Shown here: in pieces, positions 17,500 to 28,081 of the stretch
How positions within the stretch are numbered: the stretch's first letter is position 1
Layout: the number at the start of each line of letters is the position of its first letter
NCBI GenBank assembly: GCA_963803145.1
Contig: CAWDLW010000018.1
Location: 32,001-96,000 of the forward strand
From: Methanotrichaceae archaeon
GTDB taxonomy: Archaea > Halobacteriota > Methanosarcinia > Methanotrichales > Methanotrichaceae
Direction of reading: 5' to 3'
DNA: 64,000 nucleotides
The notes under the pieces: generated by a model
What the model was told of the DNA's origin: nothing
The model's input: only the letters and a program-made list of their open reading frames with translations
Databases searched by the model: none
Position numbers and translations under genes: made by a program

Positions 17500-18567
17500 C
17501 TATAACGCCGGATAGTCGATATAGCCTCTTTCTTCACCTGCATAGAAGGTCTTAATATCAGGGATATTAAGGGCAGCGTTCTTCTTAAAACGTTCAGGCA
17601 AATCCGGATTGGCCAAGAAAGATGCACCAAATGCGATGAGATCCGCAAGGCCATTTCTAATAGCCTCATTTCCTTTCTCAGCGTCATAGCCTCCATTCAA
17701 AATGAAAGTTCCCTTGAAGATATCCCGAATAGATGGGGCGAGCCGATCTTCAGGTGCTACAAGCATCGGCTCTCCAACTCGCTCTATCATATGGAGATAT
17801 CCGATTCTTAAGTCGTTCAGCTCCTTAGCTAGATAGAAGAAAGTTTCTTTTGGATTTGAATCGTGCATTGAATACCTTGAAAATTGAGGAGAAATCCTGT
17901 ATCCAACTCTATAAGCACCAAACACATCTATAGCTGCTTTAGTGACTTCTAACGGCAGACGTACACGATTCCTTAACGCGCCACCGTATTCATCTGTTCG
18001 ACGATTTGAACCGTCTCTTAAGAATTGATCAAGCAGATAGCCATTGGCTCCATGGATTTCGACTCCATCAAAACCAGCGGCTTTTGCGTTAGAAGCTCCT
18101 ATCCTAAACTGATTAACTATATCCTTTATCTCATCCAGTTCGAGAGCACGAGGCACCTCGAATTTCTTTTTGCCAAATGGAGTGTGAATATCACCTTCAA
18201 ACGGGAGAGCAGAAGGCGCAACAGGTAATTCTCCGCCAAGATAATCCGGATGCGATACCCTTCCCACATGCCATAATTGAAGGAAAATCTTGCTGCCTGC
18301 TTGGTGAACTGCATCAGTCACTTTTCTCCAGCCTTCAACCTGCTCGGATGAATAGATTCCTGGAGTACGGACGAAACCAACTCCTTGTGGGCTTATCTGC
18401 GATCCTTCTGTAATAATTAAGCCCGCCTGTGATCTCTGCACGTAATACGTAATAGCTAATGGATTTGGTACACTCCCAACAATTGCACGGCAACGGGTCA
18501 TCGGTGCCATAGCTATGCGGTTTGAGAGTTTTAAGTCGCCTAATTCGTATGGTGAGAACAGGTCCAT
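17500..18567 (-). CDS. Old Yellow Enzyme family alkene reductase (NemA-like)
   Basis: NRIAMAPMTRCRA, QLWHVGRVSH, GFDGVEIHGANGYLLDQF, RTDEYGG. Confidence 0.97.
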   Translation of the reverse strand: MDLFSPYELGDLKLSNRIAMAPMTRCRAIVGSVPNPLAITYYVQRSQAGLIITEGSQISPQGVGFVRTPGIYSSEQVEGWRKVTDAVHQAGSKIFLQLWHVGRVSHPDYLGGELPVAPSALPFEGDIHTPFGKKKFEVPRALELDEIKDIVNQFRIGASNAKAAGFDGVEIHGANGYLLDQFLRDGSNRRTDEYGGALRNRVRLPLEVTKAAIDVFGAYRVGYRISPQFSRYSMHDSNPKETFFYLAKELNDLRIGYLHMIERVGEPMLVAPEDRLAPSIRDIFKGTFILNGGYDAEKGNEAIRNGLADLIAFGASFLANPDLPERFKKNAALNIPDIKTFYAGEERGYIDYPAL

Positions 18568-18603
18568 ATTTCCTCATTTCCTTTAATGTACTTTTGATCG
18601 TTT

Positions 18604-21124
18604 TCAGTGCTCCCACAGGATATGAGACTCTTCAAGAGGTATGAATGCATCCGGATGGTAAGGAACTATTCTGGGCGTATAATGTTCTGAGGGACGTGAG
18701 GCTGGCACCTTTGCCTCGTAGAAGTACCCATATCCATTGGCCATTTCAGAGATTAGCTCTCGTTTGGCCATTGCAACTCTTACAGGTGGCTCCTCATTTT
18801 GGCCATCAGCATAGATTTCCACATTGATCATACCTGGATCAATTTCACCTAAAAAGATCTTAACCTCAAATTTCCAATATTCGCCATCTCTAGACACTTT
18901 AGTTCCCAAAAATCGCAAGCTATTCCAGTTTTCAGCCAGTTTCTGAGCCCATAGGTCCAGCTCTTTGGCCAGCTTGCCACCATCAGCTTCTCGCCGTCGG
19001 TTGGCCTCGGCCACAGGCAGATACATCTTCTCTACACATTCACGTATCATACGATCGCTGCTGAACTTAGGAGTCAGATTTGACATGCTCTCTCTAATCC
19101 GGCTGATCCAGGCTCTGGGAATTCCATTCTCGTCTCGGAAATAAAACTCAGGCACGATCTGTTCTTCCAATAACCTATAGAGCTGCTCAGCATCGCTATC
19201 ATCCTGCTGAGGACCTCTGTAATCGATACCATCGCCTATGCTCCAGCCTACTTTGGGGCTGTAGGCCTCTGCCCACCAGCCATCTAGAATTGAGAGGTTT
19301 CAAGCCGCCATTTGCCAGGATCTTCATGCCGCTGGTTCCTGAGGCCTCATAAGGACGCTGTGGAACATTGATCCACAGATCGACTCCAGACAACAGCTTC
19401 TGGGCCAGTGCTATGTAATAATCCTCCAGGAAACCAACTCTATCCTGCAAATCGGGCCTGGAGGCAAACTGGGCCATCTCTCTGACCATATTCTTCCCCT
19501 CATCGTCGTTTGGATGAGCCTTTCCAGCCACAATAAGCTGAACAGGATGTTCAGAGTTTTTAAGCAGGCGAGCTAGACGATCGGCATCATGCAATAGAAG
19601 AGTGGGCCTCTTATAAGCCGTGAACCTTCGGGCGAATCCTATAGTCAGAGCATTTGGATCTAAGACCTGTTGAGCAGCTTGAATCTTTTCTGCGCTATCT
19701 CCATGTTCCTGAAGTTGGCGCATCAGTCTGCGCCGAACATAGCCTATAAGGCTTATGCGCTCCGCTATGCGAAAACGCCATAGCTCAGCATCGCTGATTC
19801 TTGAGATCTCATGAGCAACTTCGACATCGGCCATATTCTTTTGCTCATAGCCGCACGCTTTGTTCCAAATTCTCATTGATGCAGGTGACTGCCAGGATGA
19901 AACGTGGACTCCATTTGCGATGGAATCTACAGGAACTTCCGCATGAGGCCAGCGATTAAAAAGAGGCTGCAATATTTTTCGACTGGTATCTTTATGAATG
20001 CAGCTCACCCCGTTTATGTGAGCACATCCTCGTGCGGCCAAAAAGGCCATAACAAAAGAGCAGTTCTCGTCTTCTTGGTTCATTTGGCCCAACTTTACTA
20101 AGTCCAATTCAGTAACGCCCACTGAATGCGCAGCCTAGCGAGCATACTTTTCGATCAGGGATTTATCGAAGCTATCGAGACCTGCAGCAACTGATGTATG
20201 TGTAGTAAAGACATTACCGGCTCTAGTAGCCCAAAGAGCTTCTGAAAATGAAACTTTGTTTTTTCTCATGAATGATATGGCGCGGGCCAGTATTAGGAAA
20301 GAAGCATGCCCTTCGTTTATATGGCACACATCTACCTTTATATCCATGGCCTCCAATGCTCGCCATCCTCCAGCTCCCAGAACAAGCTCTTGGAGCAGCC
20401 GCTTTTCCTTTCCAGGATCGTAGAGGTCAGAAGTGGTAGCTCTATCCCAGGGACTGTTCAAAGGGTCATTGGAATCCAGGAGGTAAAGATCGACCTTGCC
20501 TACTTGAGCTTTCCAAACCCTGAGGTATAGGTCTCTTCCTGGCAGAGGAAGCTTGATCCTAAGACGGCTGCCATCCTTATTACGCACAGGAACGATGGGC
20601 AGAATTAGAGGATCGTTATAAGGAAATGTCTCAGTCTGAGAACCATCATTCGCAAGTACCTGATGGAAATAACCCTGTTGATACAGCAGGCCAATACCTA
20701 TCAAGGGGACTCCTAAGTCGCTGGCCGTCTTAAGATGGTCTCCCGCCAGTATACCCAGACCGCCAGAATAGATCGGCAGCGCTTCGGTTAGGCCGAACTC
20801 CATGCTGAAATAGGCAATTTTTCCCATTTGGTAACAATAGCCACGCTGGTCAAACCAGCACGTCTCAGCTTGATCTTTTTTCTTGCTTTCAATCCAAAAC
20901 TGAAGCTCCTTCTTGAGCTCTTCGTCCTTGGAGACCTCTTCAAGCCTCTCCTCTGAAATATTCTCTAGAATTATGTAGGGATTATTAGTCCGCTCCCATG
21001 TTTCGGGATCCAATCTCTCCCAGATCAAATCTGCTGTACAACGTTCGTTCCATCGAAGATCTAACGCGAGTTCATATAGCACATCAAGGCCATCAGGAAG
21101 TGAACGTTGAAGCTGAGGGAGCAT
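18604..21124 (-). pseudogene. glgP: Alpha-glucan (glycogen) phosphorylase, disrupted
   Basis: YFSMEFG...YSGGLGILAGD, GFARRFTAYKR, EASGTSGMK; in-frame TAG at 20135-20137 and a +1 frameshift in the NGGLNLSILDGWW motif near 19298. Confidence 0.92.
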
Positions 21125-21227
21125 AACATGTGATTTCTTGGGACAATTTAAAAGTTCCCAATTCGTTCCAGTTGATGGACCCCAACATGGGTCAACAATT
21201 AATACATAGAATTCTCAATACCGCTCC

Positions 21228-21715
21228 ATGAGCCTTAAAGATATGTTTTCTACCGATGAGTGGAACGACCTTTTAAATGCGCCTATAGCATCTGGCCTTT
21301 ACGTTTCTTACGGAGAACCTCATCCATTCCATATGCTGGAAGATTTGAAGGCGATGTCGAAAGAGGTCCGTAATGCTGCAAATGATTTTATTCAAACCCA
21401 TTAATCAAGGAAATCCTTGAAGAAAAGCTAGGAACCGAACGTTACGATATAATTCCCGACGAAGGGCAGGCAATACAAGATACGCCTCTAACGCCGAGTG
21501 ATCTTCTAGAAACTATACAGCGGGCTAGAGCCGCTGTGGATAGAATGCCTGGGAAAGACGCCGATGAGTACAGACTCTGGATTATAACGATAGCTCAAAA
21601 GGTGGCTGAGGCCACAAAAGAAGGAGGCTTCCTGGGTATCGGAGGCAAAAGGGTAACTGTGGCTGAGATGGCGGCATTGAAAGAGATAGCAGAAGCGATC
21701 GGGTATAAGGGCTAA
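21228..21715 (+). pseudogene. Frameshifted conserved hypothetical protein (FSTDEW...AEATKEGGFLGIGGKRV)
   Basis: Read manually. Frame 1 stops at 21404; the second frame carries VAEATKEGGFLGIGGKRVTVAEMAAL to 21715; span 488 nt, one base short. Confidence 0.7.
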
Positions 21716-21895
21716 TATACGTTTGGCTGCATGACACGACTAAGAACTGATAGCTGGAAATTTCCTGGCACCGAGTCCTGAATTGAGAAGAATCTATGGA
21801 CGATATCGTTATATCGCTGAAAAGTGAATAGATCGTCCTAATTTTCTTAACCTAAGATCAAGTTTATATATGCATTTGATCCTATATTAAGAATA

Positions 21896-22780
21896 ATGCA
21901 TCTCAGCAAGAACGAGGTCTACGCTCTAATTTCAATAACAAAATCAGAGACTCCAATGCATCCCCATGATCTCCTGGAGCTTGGACTTCAAAGAGAGACA
22001 ATATCCCGGATCATAACACACCTGCAGGAGAAGGGGCTGGCTGAACGGAAGAGCGGAGAGATAGTCCTGGCCAGGACACCTCCAGCTGAGGCGTTCAAGA
22101 GGCTCTATTACACTCACAGGGCGGCTCCTCTGCAGGATCTCCTCTCGGATAGAAAAGTGGAGCTTCTGTCAAGACTTGATCACAGTCCAAAAAGTTTGGA
22201 GACCCTGGCCAGGGAGACGGGCATCCCAAGCGATACCATCTACTATTACCTGAAAGGCTTTCTCCATTTGGGTGTTATCGAGCGGTCTAAAAAGGGCAAG
22301 GCATACCAATACTGCATCAACTACATCCTCTGGTCTGAACTGAAGGACTTCGTGACCTCATTCATTGAATATCAGGCACTGCGTCTCGTTCCGCGTGAGG
22401 CATTGATCATTAAAAGCTATGGAGATAGCGTACTATTCAAGAGCTTGAGGCAGCAGGACGCCACGCTCACATCATTTAGCGCCTACAGAGATTATGGGAT
22501 CGAGCTGGTCCTCAGGGATAACTACTACACTCTGCCCAAAAGAGAGCTATCTATCCAGGAGATCTTTATCCACTCCCTGGACTCGGCAGAAAGCATTTCC
22601 CAAAGACTTTACTGCATCCTTTTCTACTTGGAGAACATAGAACGGCTCGAGGATGTCCAGCACCCGATGATGGAGGAGATAAGAGCAGTCCTGAAAGGAG
22701 AGCATATCAAGGGCTATCCAATCCTGGAAGAAGTAAAAGAGCAGGCTGAGCTGTATGGTATCACAATTATCGAGCCGTGA
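21896..22780 (+). CDS. Double winged-HTH protein, paralog of 1160-2038
   Basis: Shared FKRLYYTHRA and SFSAYRDYGI.L.LRDNYYTLPKRELSI; conserved promoter GATCAA.TTTATATA. Confidence 0.85.
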   Translation: MHLSKNEVYALISITKSETPMHPHDLLELGLQRETISRIITHLQEKGLAERKSGEIVLARTPPAEAFKRLYYTHRAAPLQDLLSDRKVELLSRLDHSPKSLETLARETGIPSDTIYYYLKGFLHLGVIERSKKGKAYQYCINYILWSELKDFVTSFIEYQALRLVPREALIIKSYGDSVLFKSLRQQDATLTSFSAYRDYGIELVLRDNYYTLPKRELSIQEIFIHSLDSAESISQRLYCILFYLENIERLEDVQHPMMEEIRAVLKGEHIKGYPILEEVKEQAELYGITIIEP

Positions 22781-23456
22781 TGATGTCAATAAGATACTGA
22801 GATGGTTGGGAGAGCGTGTTGACCAGCCCATACAGGTCTTAGTAATAGGTGGCGCTGCAATGCTTGAATATGACCTTAAGGATGCCACCAAGGATATCGA
22901 TCTGGTATGCAGGGACAATGTAGGCAAGGCCAGCCTTCTCAGGGCTGCTCAGGAGCTGGGCTTCAAGGTTGTTGGGCCTGAGAAGAGGCATGCTCGTTTA
23001 GGCCTGGATAGAGTGGCAGTCAAATGAAGTCACACCCTGGACATATTCGCAGGCAGAGTCTCCTATGACTTCGGCCTGAGTGAGGCTATCCTTTGCCGAG
23101 GGCGTAATACCAAAACTTTCGGGAAGGCTGAGATGATTTATGCTTCCCCTGAGGATATCTTCATCCTGAAGCTGATAGCCAACAGGCCGCGTGATTTTGA
23201 GGATTGCTCGGTCATTGCCTCTGCTGGCCTGGATTACGAGGCAATCTATTCCGAGATAGAGGCTCAATACCACAAAGCCGCAGACTCTGAGGTGAAGCAG
23301 AAGGTTTGGATAACCTATATTGAAGAGGGCATTGGGCGGCTGGAGGAGGATTACCGGCTAAGGATACCAATCGCAGATAAGGTTTCTGAGCTGGCGGATG
23401 GTTATAGGGAGAGGCTATATCGAAAGCTGACCTCGTCTGCGGGCACAAGAACTTAG
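22755..23456 (+). pseudogene. DUF6036-like nucleotidyltransferase paralog with a nonsense codon
   Basis: In-frame TGA at 23025-23027 where the paralog has Gly (AIKGGRTLDIF vs AVK*SHTLDIF); the frame continues to 23456. Confidence 0.88.
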
Positions 23457-23561
23457 AATTAGATATGAAAATTGAATTCCGCGAACAGGACAAACGAATG
23501 TTCAAATTTCATTCCTCCTTACAAAGCGCTTTAAATAGATTGTCTTCTGTTATATCAACAT

Positions 23562-23969
23562 ATGGCACTGAAAGATAATATCCTTGAGGTCATGAGAGGC
23601 GAGCACGTGGCCGCTGTAGCAACTGTCGCCAATGGCAGGCCAGCAGTGAGATTCATGGCTGTTATAGGGCTGGATGATTTGAGTATTATTGGGGCTACTA
23701 TGAAAAGCTCCAGAAAGGTAGGGGAGATAAGGAAGAATCCAGAGGTAGCACTTTCCATCTGGTCTGGCAAGAACTATGCCGATCCTTATGTGATGATTCA
23801 GAGCAAGGCTGAGATCCATGAGGACCTGGAAACAAAGAAGAAGTTCTGGGACCCTAAGCTGGAGTCCTACTTCCAGAATCCTGAGAATCCCAATTATGTG
23901 GTCTTGAAGTTTATGCCACAGAGGATTGAATATTATCATGAAATGAGTATGGATCTATGGGAGAGATGA
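23562..23969 (+). CDS. Pyridoxamine 5'-phosphate oxidase-like FMN-binding general stress protein
   Basis: ATVANGRPAVRFM...SRKVGEIRKNPEVAL...W...YFQNPENPNYVVLKF. Confidence 0.88.
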   Translation: MALKDNILEVMRGEHVAAVATVANGRPAVRFMAVIGLDDLSIIGATMKSSRKVGEIRKNPEVALSIWSGKNYADPYVMIQSKAEIHEDLETKKKFWDPKLESYFQNPENPNYVVLKFMPQRIEYYHEMSMDLWER

Positions 23970-24533
23970 AGCTGCCTTAGGTTATGCATGTGGCTATATC
24001 TATTGACCTACCATTTTCAAGCATATCATCGGGTTTCTCATTCATTTCTCTCTTTTGCCATTTGGGCTTTAGGCCCTTACCCTAGCCAGCTATCCCATGA
24101 GTTTGAACGGTTTATATAATCTCTTTTTCTATTAAAAAAGTAAGTAAGCGATGCACCAATCACTGCGCCTATTATTATAGCAATCAAACCTTGCAAAGTG
24201 GCCAAGCTCTGCAAAGCAGCTATAACATCCATATTTATCATTGCCTCCAAAATTGCCACCATCCCCATTTCTTGATCTCCTCTCTAGGCTCCAAGGATAG
24301 CTGGCTTATGCTCTACGTGAGCTGGCTTATGTGGCCTTCCAGTTAATCCATTTTATCTAAAACATGTATCTTTTTATGTAATTCCTCTATTCCTTTATTG
24401 TAAAAATGCTCCACTGGTATTGATTTCAACCAAAACTACTTATCTTCATAGGGCCAATAAGCATACTATGGCAGGAGTTCTTGAGCAGTTACAAAGGAGA
24501 CCTCGGAGGCAACTGATAGGCGGTAATGTATCC

Positions 24534-24770
24534 ATGCCCGGGACTAATCCCAAGGTCCTGGAGCTCCAGGCAGCCAAAGAGATCCTGGCTGAGGTTTTTG
24601 ATATTAATGCCTCAGAGGTTGATGAAATGCTCAAGCGGCGTTATGAAGAGAGCTTGGAGAGGCCAAAGACATCATATTCGCGCAGAAAGAGAACGAAGGG
24701 CGAGCCACTACTCAAACATCGGTATAATGAAGTTGAGGTGTGGCCGATGGAATTCTGCCTGGCCCATTAG
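24534..24770 (+). CDS. Small hypothetical protein
   Basis: MPGTNPKVLELQAAKEILAEVFDI; plausible helical protein with an upstream GGCGGT. Confidence 0.55.
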   Translation: MPGTNPKVLELQAAKEILAEVFDINASEVDEMLKRRYEESLERPKTSYSRRKRTKGEPLLKHRYNEVEVWPMEFCLAH

Positions 24771-24871
24771 ATTAGGTTTCTGCCTTGCAAAAATGCAGAA
24801 CAGCCTGGCAGCTCTGGCACAATAGCGATAAACCCTTCATCCTCCTCACTGTAGAAGATCTCGATTGCATA
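24767..24871 (-). pseudogene. hicB: HicB antitoxin N-terminal fragment
   Basis: YAIEIFYSEEDEGFIAIVPELPGCSAF then an early stop; no start codon. Confidence 0.75.
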
Positions 24872-24909
24872 CAGGGCTTATATCTCCTATAGACACTAAG
24901 AGCTCCCCC

Positions 24910-25155
24910 TCAAACATCTGGCTTATACCCCTGTGGCTCATTCACAGGTTCTATAGTGGCTATGGCATGCTTGAAGACAAGGATTTGCCCTTTAGCGGTT
25001 TGGATCAGGAGCTCATAGGGGTTGAAAGCCTCTAGGATTCCGGTAATTGGCTGTCCTCCTGATAGTAGGCGTATCATGACCTTCTTGCCCTTAAGTTTGG
25101 GGATGAATTCAAATTGCTTCAGTACAGGCTTTGCTTTCGCTGAATCTTCTTCCAT
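24910..25155 (-). CDS. hfq: Hfq-like Sm-fold protein
   Basis: Sm1 KVMIRLLSGGQPITGILEAFNPYELLI; Hfq-type Sm2 QILVFKHAIATIEP. Confidence 0.8.
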   Translation of the reverse strand: MEEDSAKAKPVLKQFEFIPKLKGKKVMIRLLSGGQPITGILEAFNPYELLIQTAKGQILVFKHAIATIEPVNEPQGYKPDV

Positions 25156-25636
25156 AGATTATCTCCAGAATTGCCACGAGTTCTTAGCTTTGGCCCATCA
25201 TTTTCCGTATTTCTTCATAGAGCTGTGGATCTGCTTCTTTAAGTGATTGCTCAATTACCTCCCCCAGCTCCAAGCCTATTGAGTATCGAGGTGTTTTGGC
25301 GGGTCCTCAAGTCTGGCCTGGTCCTTCAGGGCCTTTCTTTTCTCGCGTACTCCGCTTGTGAGTTTCATGCTATCTGCTTTCACAAAAAATTCATCTTGTA
25401 TTGTGGCCTTCTATGTTGTCCCTCTTGGGGTAGAGGGAATGGGAGGCTTAAAAATGAGTATAAGGGCGATATTAAGGGATGTTTTAGATCATGTTATGTT
25501 CACTTTGTATTTCATATTATATTTGCGCCGGTGGTGAGATAAAGTTATATAATAATTAAAAACATAGATATTATAATTACACCTTCATAAAAAAAATCTT
25601 TATAAACCTGCAAAATCAGTTGTTAAGGGGATATTA

Positions 25637-25816
25637 TTGAAGATAGAATCAATATTGATAATACTAGTATCGCTAATGTTTCCTACTGCTATGGCGGCAA
25701 TAGGTTCTACAAGTGATACCACGCCGCCGAGCGTTATTAGTTTCAATTTTGGACCGAGATTGGTAGATGTATCTAGCGGATCTAAGAATATCACATTCAC
25801 AGTAAGGTACCAGTAA
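25637..25816 (+). pseudogene. 5' fragment of an exported protein
   Basis: Signal peptide + SDTTPPSVISFNFGPRLVDVSSGSKNITFTV, then an abrupt stop at TACCAGTAA. Confidence 0.55.
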
Positions 25817-25908
25817 GCCCACAACACAGCCGATTGAGAATGAAATTTCCCTGTTGCGAAGGGACCCCTATAAAACTGATAAATATACCCTGTACAGAAT
25901 TATGAAGG

Positions 25909-26451
25909 ATGCTTTTATTTGCGCACCTCGGCTTTACCCTGGCAGCGGGCCGGTTCATAAGATGGGTGAACCTGGCCTACCTGGCTCTGGGTTCAATCCT
26001 TCCCGATATAATTGATAAGCCGATGGGTTTGATGGTCTTCGGAACGCCCGAAATGAGCAGGACATATGCCCATACTCTTCTGTTCCTGCTGATTCTGGTG
26101 GTCTCGGCTGTTTATTTGAAAGACGTCAGACTGGCATCGGTCTCTGTCGGTGTTTTTGCTCATCTGATATTGGATTCCATGTGGCAATCGCCAGTCTTTC
26201 TATTCTGGCCTCTGCTGGGAAACTTTCCTCAGGCTCCCGATGTCGGGACATCTGGGACATCCAGTTACATACAGGGACTACTCGACGAACTGAGAAACCC
26301 CATGGTAGGCATACAGGAGGTGCTAGGGTTGTCATATCTTCTATTCCTCGCATTCGAGCTTAGATCTACATTAATGGCTAGATATCAAAATGTAGTATCC
26401 AAGGGCAAAGACATGGCGGCTACGATCCAAACGCGCCTCAAAAGCGATTAG
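25909..26451 (+). CDS. Membrane-bound metal-dependent hydrolase (DUF457/YdjM-like)
   Basis: AH...GSILPDIIDKP...RTYAHTLLF...AHLILDSMW...LFWPL. Confidence 0.88.
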   Translation: MLLFAHLGFTLAAGRFIRWVNLAYLALGSILPDIIDKPMGLMVFGTPEMSRTYAHTLLFLLILVVSAVYLKDVRLASVSVGVFAHLILDSMWQSPVFLFWPLLGNFPQAPDVGTSGTSSYIQGLLDELRNPMVGIQEVLGLSYLLFLAFELRSTLMARYQNVVSKGKDMAATIQTRLKSD

Positions 26452-26466
26452 GATGAGATTAGCTTC

Positions 26467-26496
26467 AATTTCCGCTTATAATGGAAATTAAAAATT
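26467..26496 (-). other. Site A, copy 2 (inverted orientation)
   Basis: Minus strand AATTTTTAATT-TCCATTAT-AAGCGGAAATT; identical core, 2 mismatches per arm. Confidence 0.65.
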
Positions 26497-26535
26497 ACAT
26501 ATCAGTTATGTAAAAGATATCTCTATGAAGTGATA

Positions 26536-26560
26536 GTACGGAGGTCTCATTCCCCGTACC
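26536..26560 (-). repeat. Hairpin B, copy 2
   Basis: Minus strand GGTACGGGGAATGAGACCTCCGTAC; compensatory GTAC/GTAC stem base. Confidence 0.65.
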
Positions 26561-26620
26561 TCCTCTCTTCCGGCGTTATTTTTTTCCTAAAGCGCAAGTT
26601 ATAGCATTCATTAAGATACC

Positions 26621-26875
26621 ATGAACCCAGAGGCCGTCCTGGCGGTTCTTCCCGACAGCAAAGAAGATGTACTATCCATAAAAGAGATAGCTCACGCAAT
26701 GGGCTTGGACATCTCCTCACATACAGAACAAATTAGAATGGAAAAAAAACTCACTAGAGTTCTAAGAACACCGATCAAATGGGGCTGGGTAGCTTACGAT
26801 ATCAGGCAGAGCGAGAACGGCAATAGAGCCTGGCATAATGCCTACTGGAAAACCGAGCTGGCAAAGTCTGCATAG
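26621..26875 (+). CDS. Small winged-helix-like protein
   Basis: LSIKEIAHAMGL...LTRVLRTPIKWGWV...YWKTE. Confidence 0.7.
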   Translation: MNPEAVLAVLPDSKEDVLSIKEIAHAMGLDISSHTEQIRMEKKLTRVLRTPIKWGWVAYDIRQSENGNRAWHNAYWKTELAKSA

Positions 26876-26973
26876 ATCCATCTACGGACATATATTTAAC
26901 TTATATAATGATAACCTCTTTGTTTATCCACCTATTATATAGACATTATCGAATATTACATCTGCACGCAAAT

Positions 26974-27087
26974 GTATGATCTGGAGCGCAAAGGCATGCC
27001 TTCACAGGTCGGATAGATGTTTATAAAAATGTGATACGGCTTCGAAGATCCAAAAAATGGAGGAACGAGCTTACAGGTTATACATAC
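26974..27087 (-). repeat. Element C, copy 2
   Basis: Minus strand GTATGTATAACCTGTAA...TTTTTATAAACATCT...GCCTTTGCGCTCCAGATCATAC; begins 15 nt after the TPR gene stop. Confidence 0.85.
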
Positions 27088-27102
27088 CAAAGAGAGGTAG
27101 GA

Positions 27103-27789
27103 TCAACCTGTATACCCCAGCTCCTTAGCCTTGGCGTATGCTTCATCAGCTTCTCTGGTGCGACCTAATGCATTGAGGATCATGGCTTTGCCACTCCAGG
27201 CGTATGTATATTGGGGGTCGATCTCTATTGCCTGATCAAAAGCTTGAAGTGCCTCCTCATATTTATCCTTCATACCTAAAGCAACACCCTTAAGGTACCA
27301 TGCATCTGCATCATATTCGTTTAGATTGATGGCTTTATTATAAGCTTGGACAGCCTCATCATATTTACTTTGATTTTCTAGGTCCAAACCTACTTGTAGC
27401 CAATAGCTTGCATTCTGTTCTTCTGTATTCGCCTTGTTATCGTTTATCTGGCCAGTTAAATGCGATTTAAACTTCAATGTGTTAATGAAATGCATAGTCT
27501 GATCATCGAATGTGCCATTAGCGAAAGTGGTATAATCATTCATTATTTTAATAACTGGATAGTTATCACTTGTACTGATATTAATATAATGCTCTTTGTT
27601 CTCATCAAAGAACAGAAAAGCAGTAGTTCCTCCTGATGTCTGCCAGCCCGTTGGATATTCGACTGTAAAGAATGGTCCATCATAGGTTGAATATTCGATC
27701 GCTTTTGCTATGGAAACAGGCATTAAACATAAAGCCAAAATCGAGCATATACATAGCACCAAAGCTATAATCCTCTTTCCGCTTTCCAT
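27103..27789 (-). CDS. Exported protein: PsbP-like N-terminus + TPR repeats
   Basis: Signal peptide; FTVEYPTGW; about 3 TPRs; ends AKAKELGYTG. Confidence 0.9.
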   Translation of the reverse strand: MESGKRIIALVLCICSILALCLMPVSIAKAIEYSTYDGPFFTVEYPTGWQTSGGTTAFLFFDENKEHYINISTSDNYPVIKIMNDYTTFANGTFDDQTMHFINTLKFKSHLTGQINDNKANTEEQNASYWLQVGLDLENQSKYDEAVQAYNKAINLNEYDADAWYLKGVALGMKDKYEEALQAFDQAIEIDPQYTYAWSGKAMILNALGRTREADEAYAKAKELGYTG

Positions 27790-27856
27790 AAATTATCCCC
27801 TCTGGATTTTAAGTATCACCCTAACCAATCACTTTCAAAGATAAATACTTTCAAGT

Positions 27857-27891
27857 TACAGGTGCGAGAATCTCATTCCTCCGCACCTGTA
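27857..27891 (-). repeat. Hairpin B, copy 3
   Basis: Minus strand TACAGGTGCGGAGGAATGAGATTCTCGCACCTGTA. Confidence 0.78.
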
Positions 27892-27988
27892 GGCGGATAT
27901 AGAACCAGTATCAATGGGATAGGTATCGAATATTACAGCTTGAAGGTTACCAGTAAACTATGAGATGATGTTCTCAAAGGAGCTGGGA

Positions 27989-28054
27989 TCAGCCTGTATA
28001 CCCCAGCACCTCGGCCTTGGCGAAGACTGCATCGGCTTCTGTATCACGGTAAAG
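27989..28054 (-). pseudogene. Orphan 3' tail of a TPR gene
   Basis: Encodes LYRDTEADAVFAKAEVLGYTG*, matching the C-termini of the genes at 4052 and 27103. Confidence 0.75.
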
Positions 28055-28081
28055 TACCTCTCCCTCATTTTCATGGGATGA

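Noticed and set aside
20135-20137. In-frame TAG in glgP as pyrrolysine readthrough
   Set aside because: The gene also carries a frameshift in the conserved NGGLNLSILDGWW motif, and no pyl genes are visible; a pseudogene is the simpler explanation.
23025-23027. In-frame TGA in the nucleotidyltransferase as selenocysteine
   Set aside because: It aligns to Gly, not Cys, in the paralog; a single GGA>TGA change explains it.
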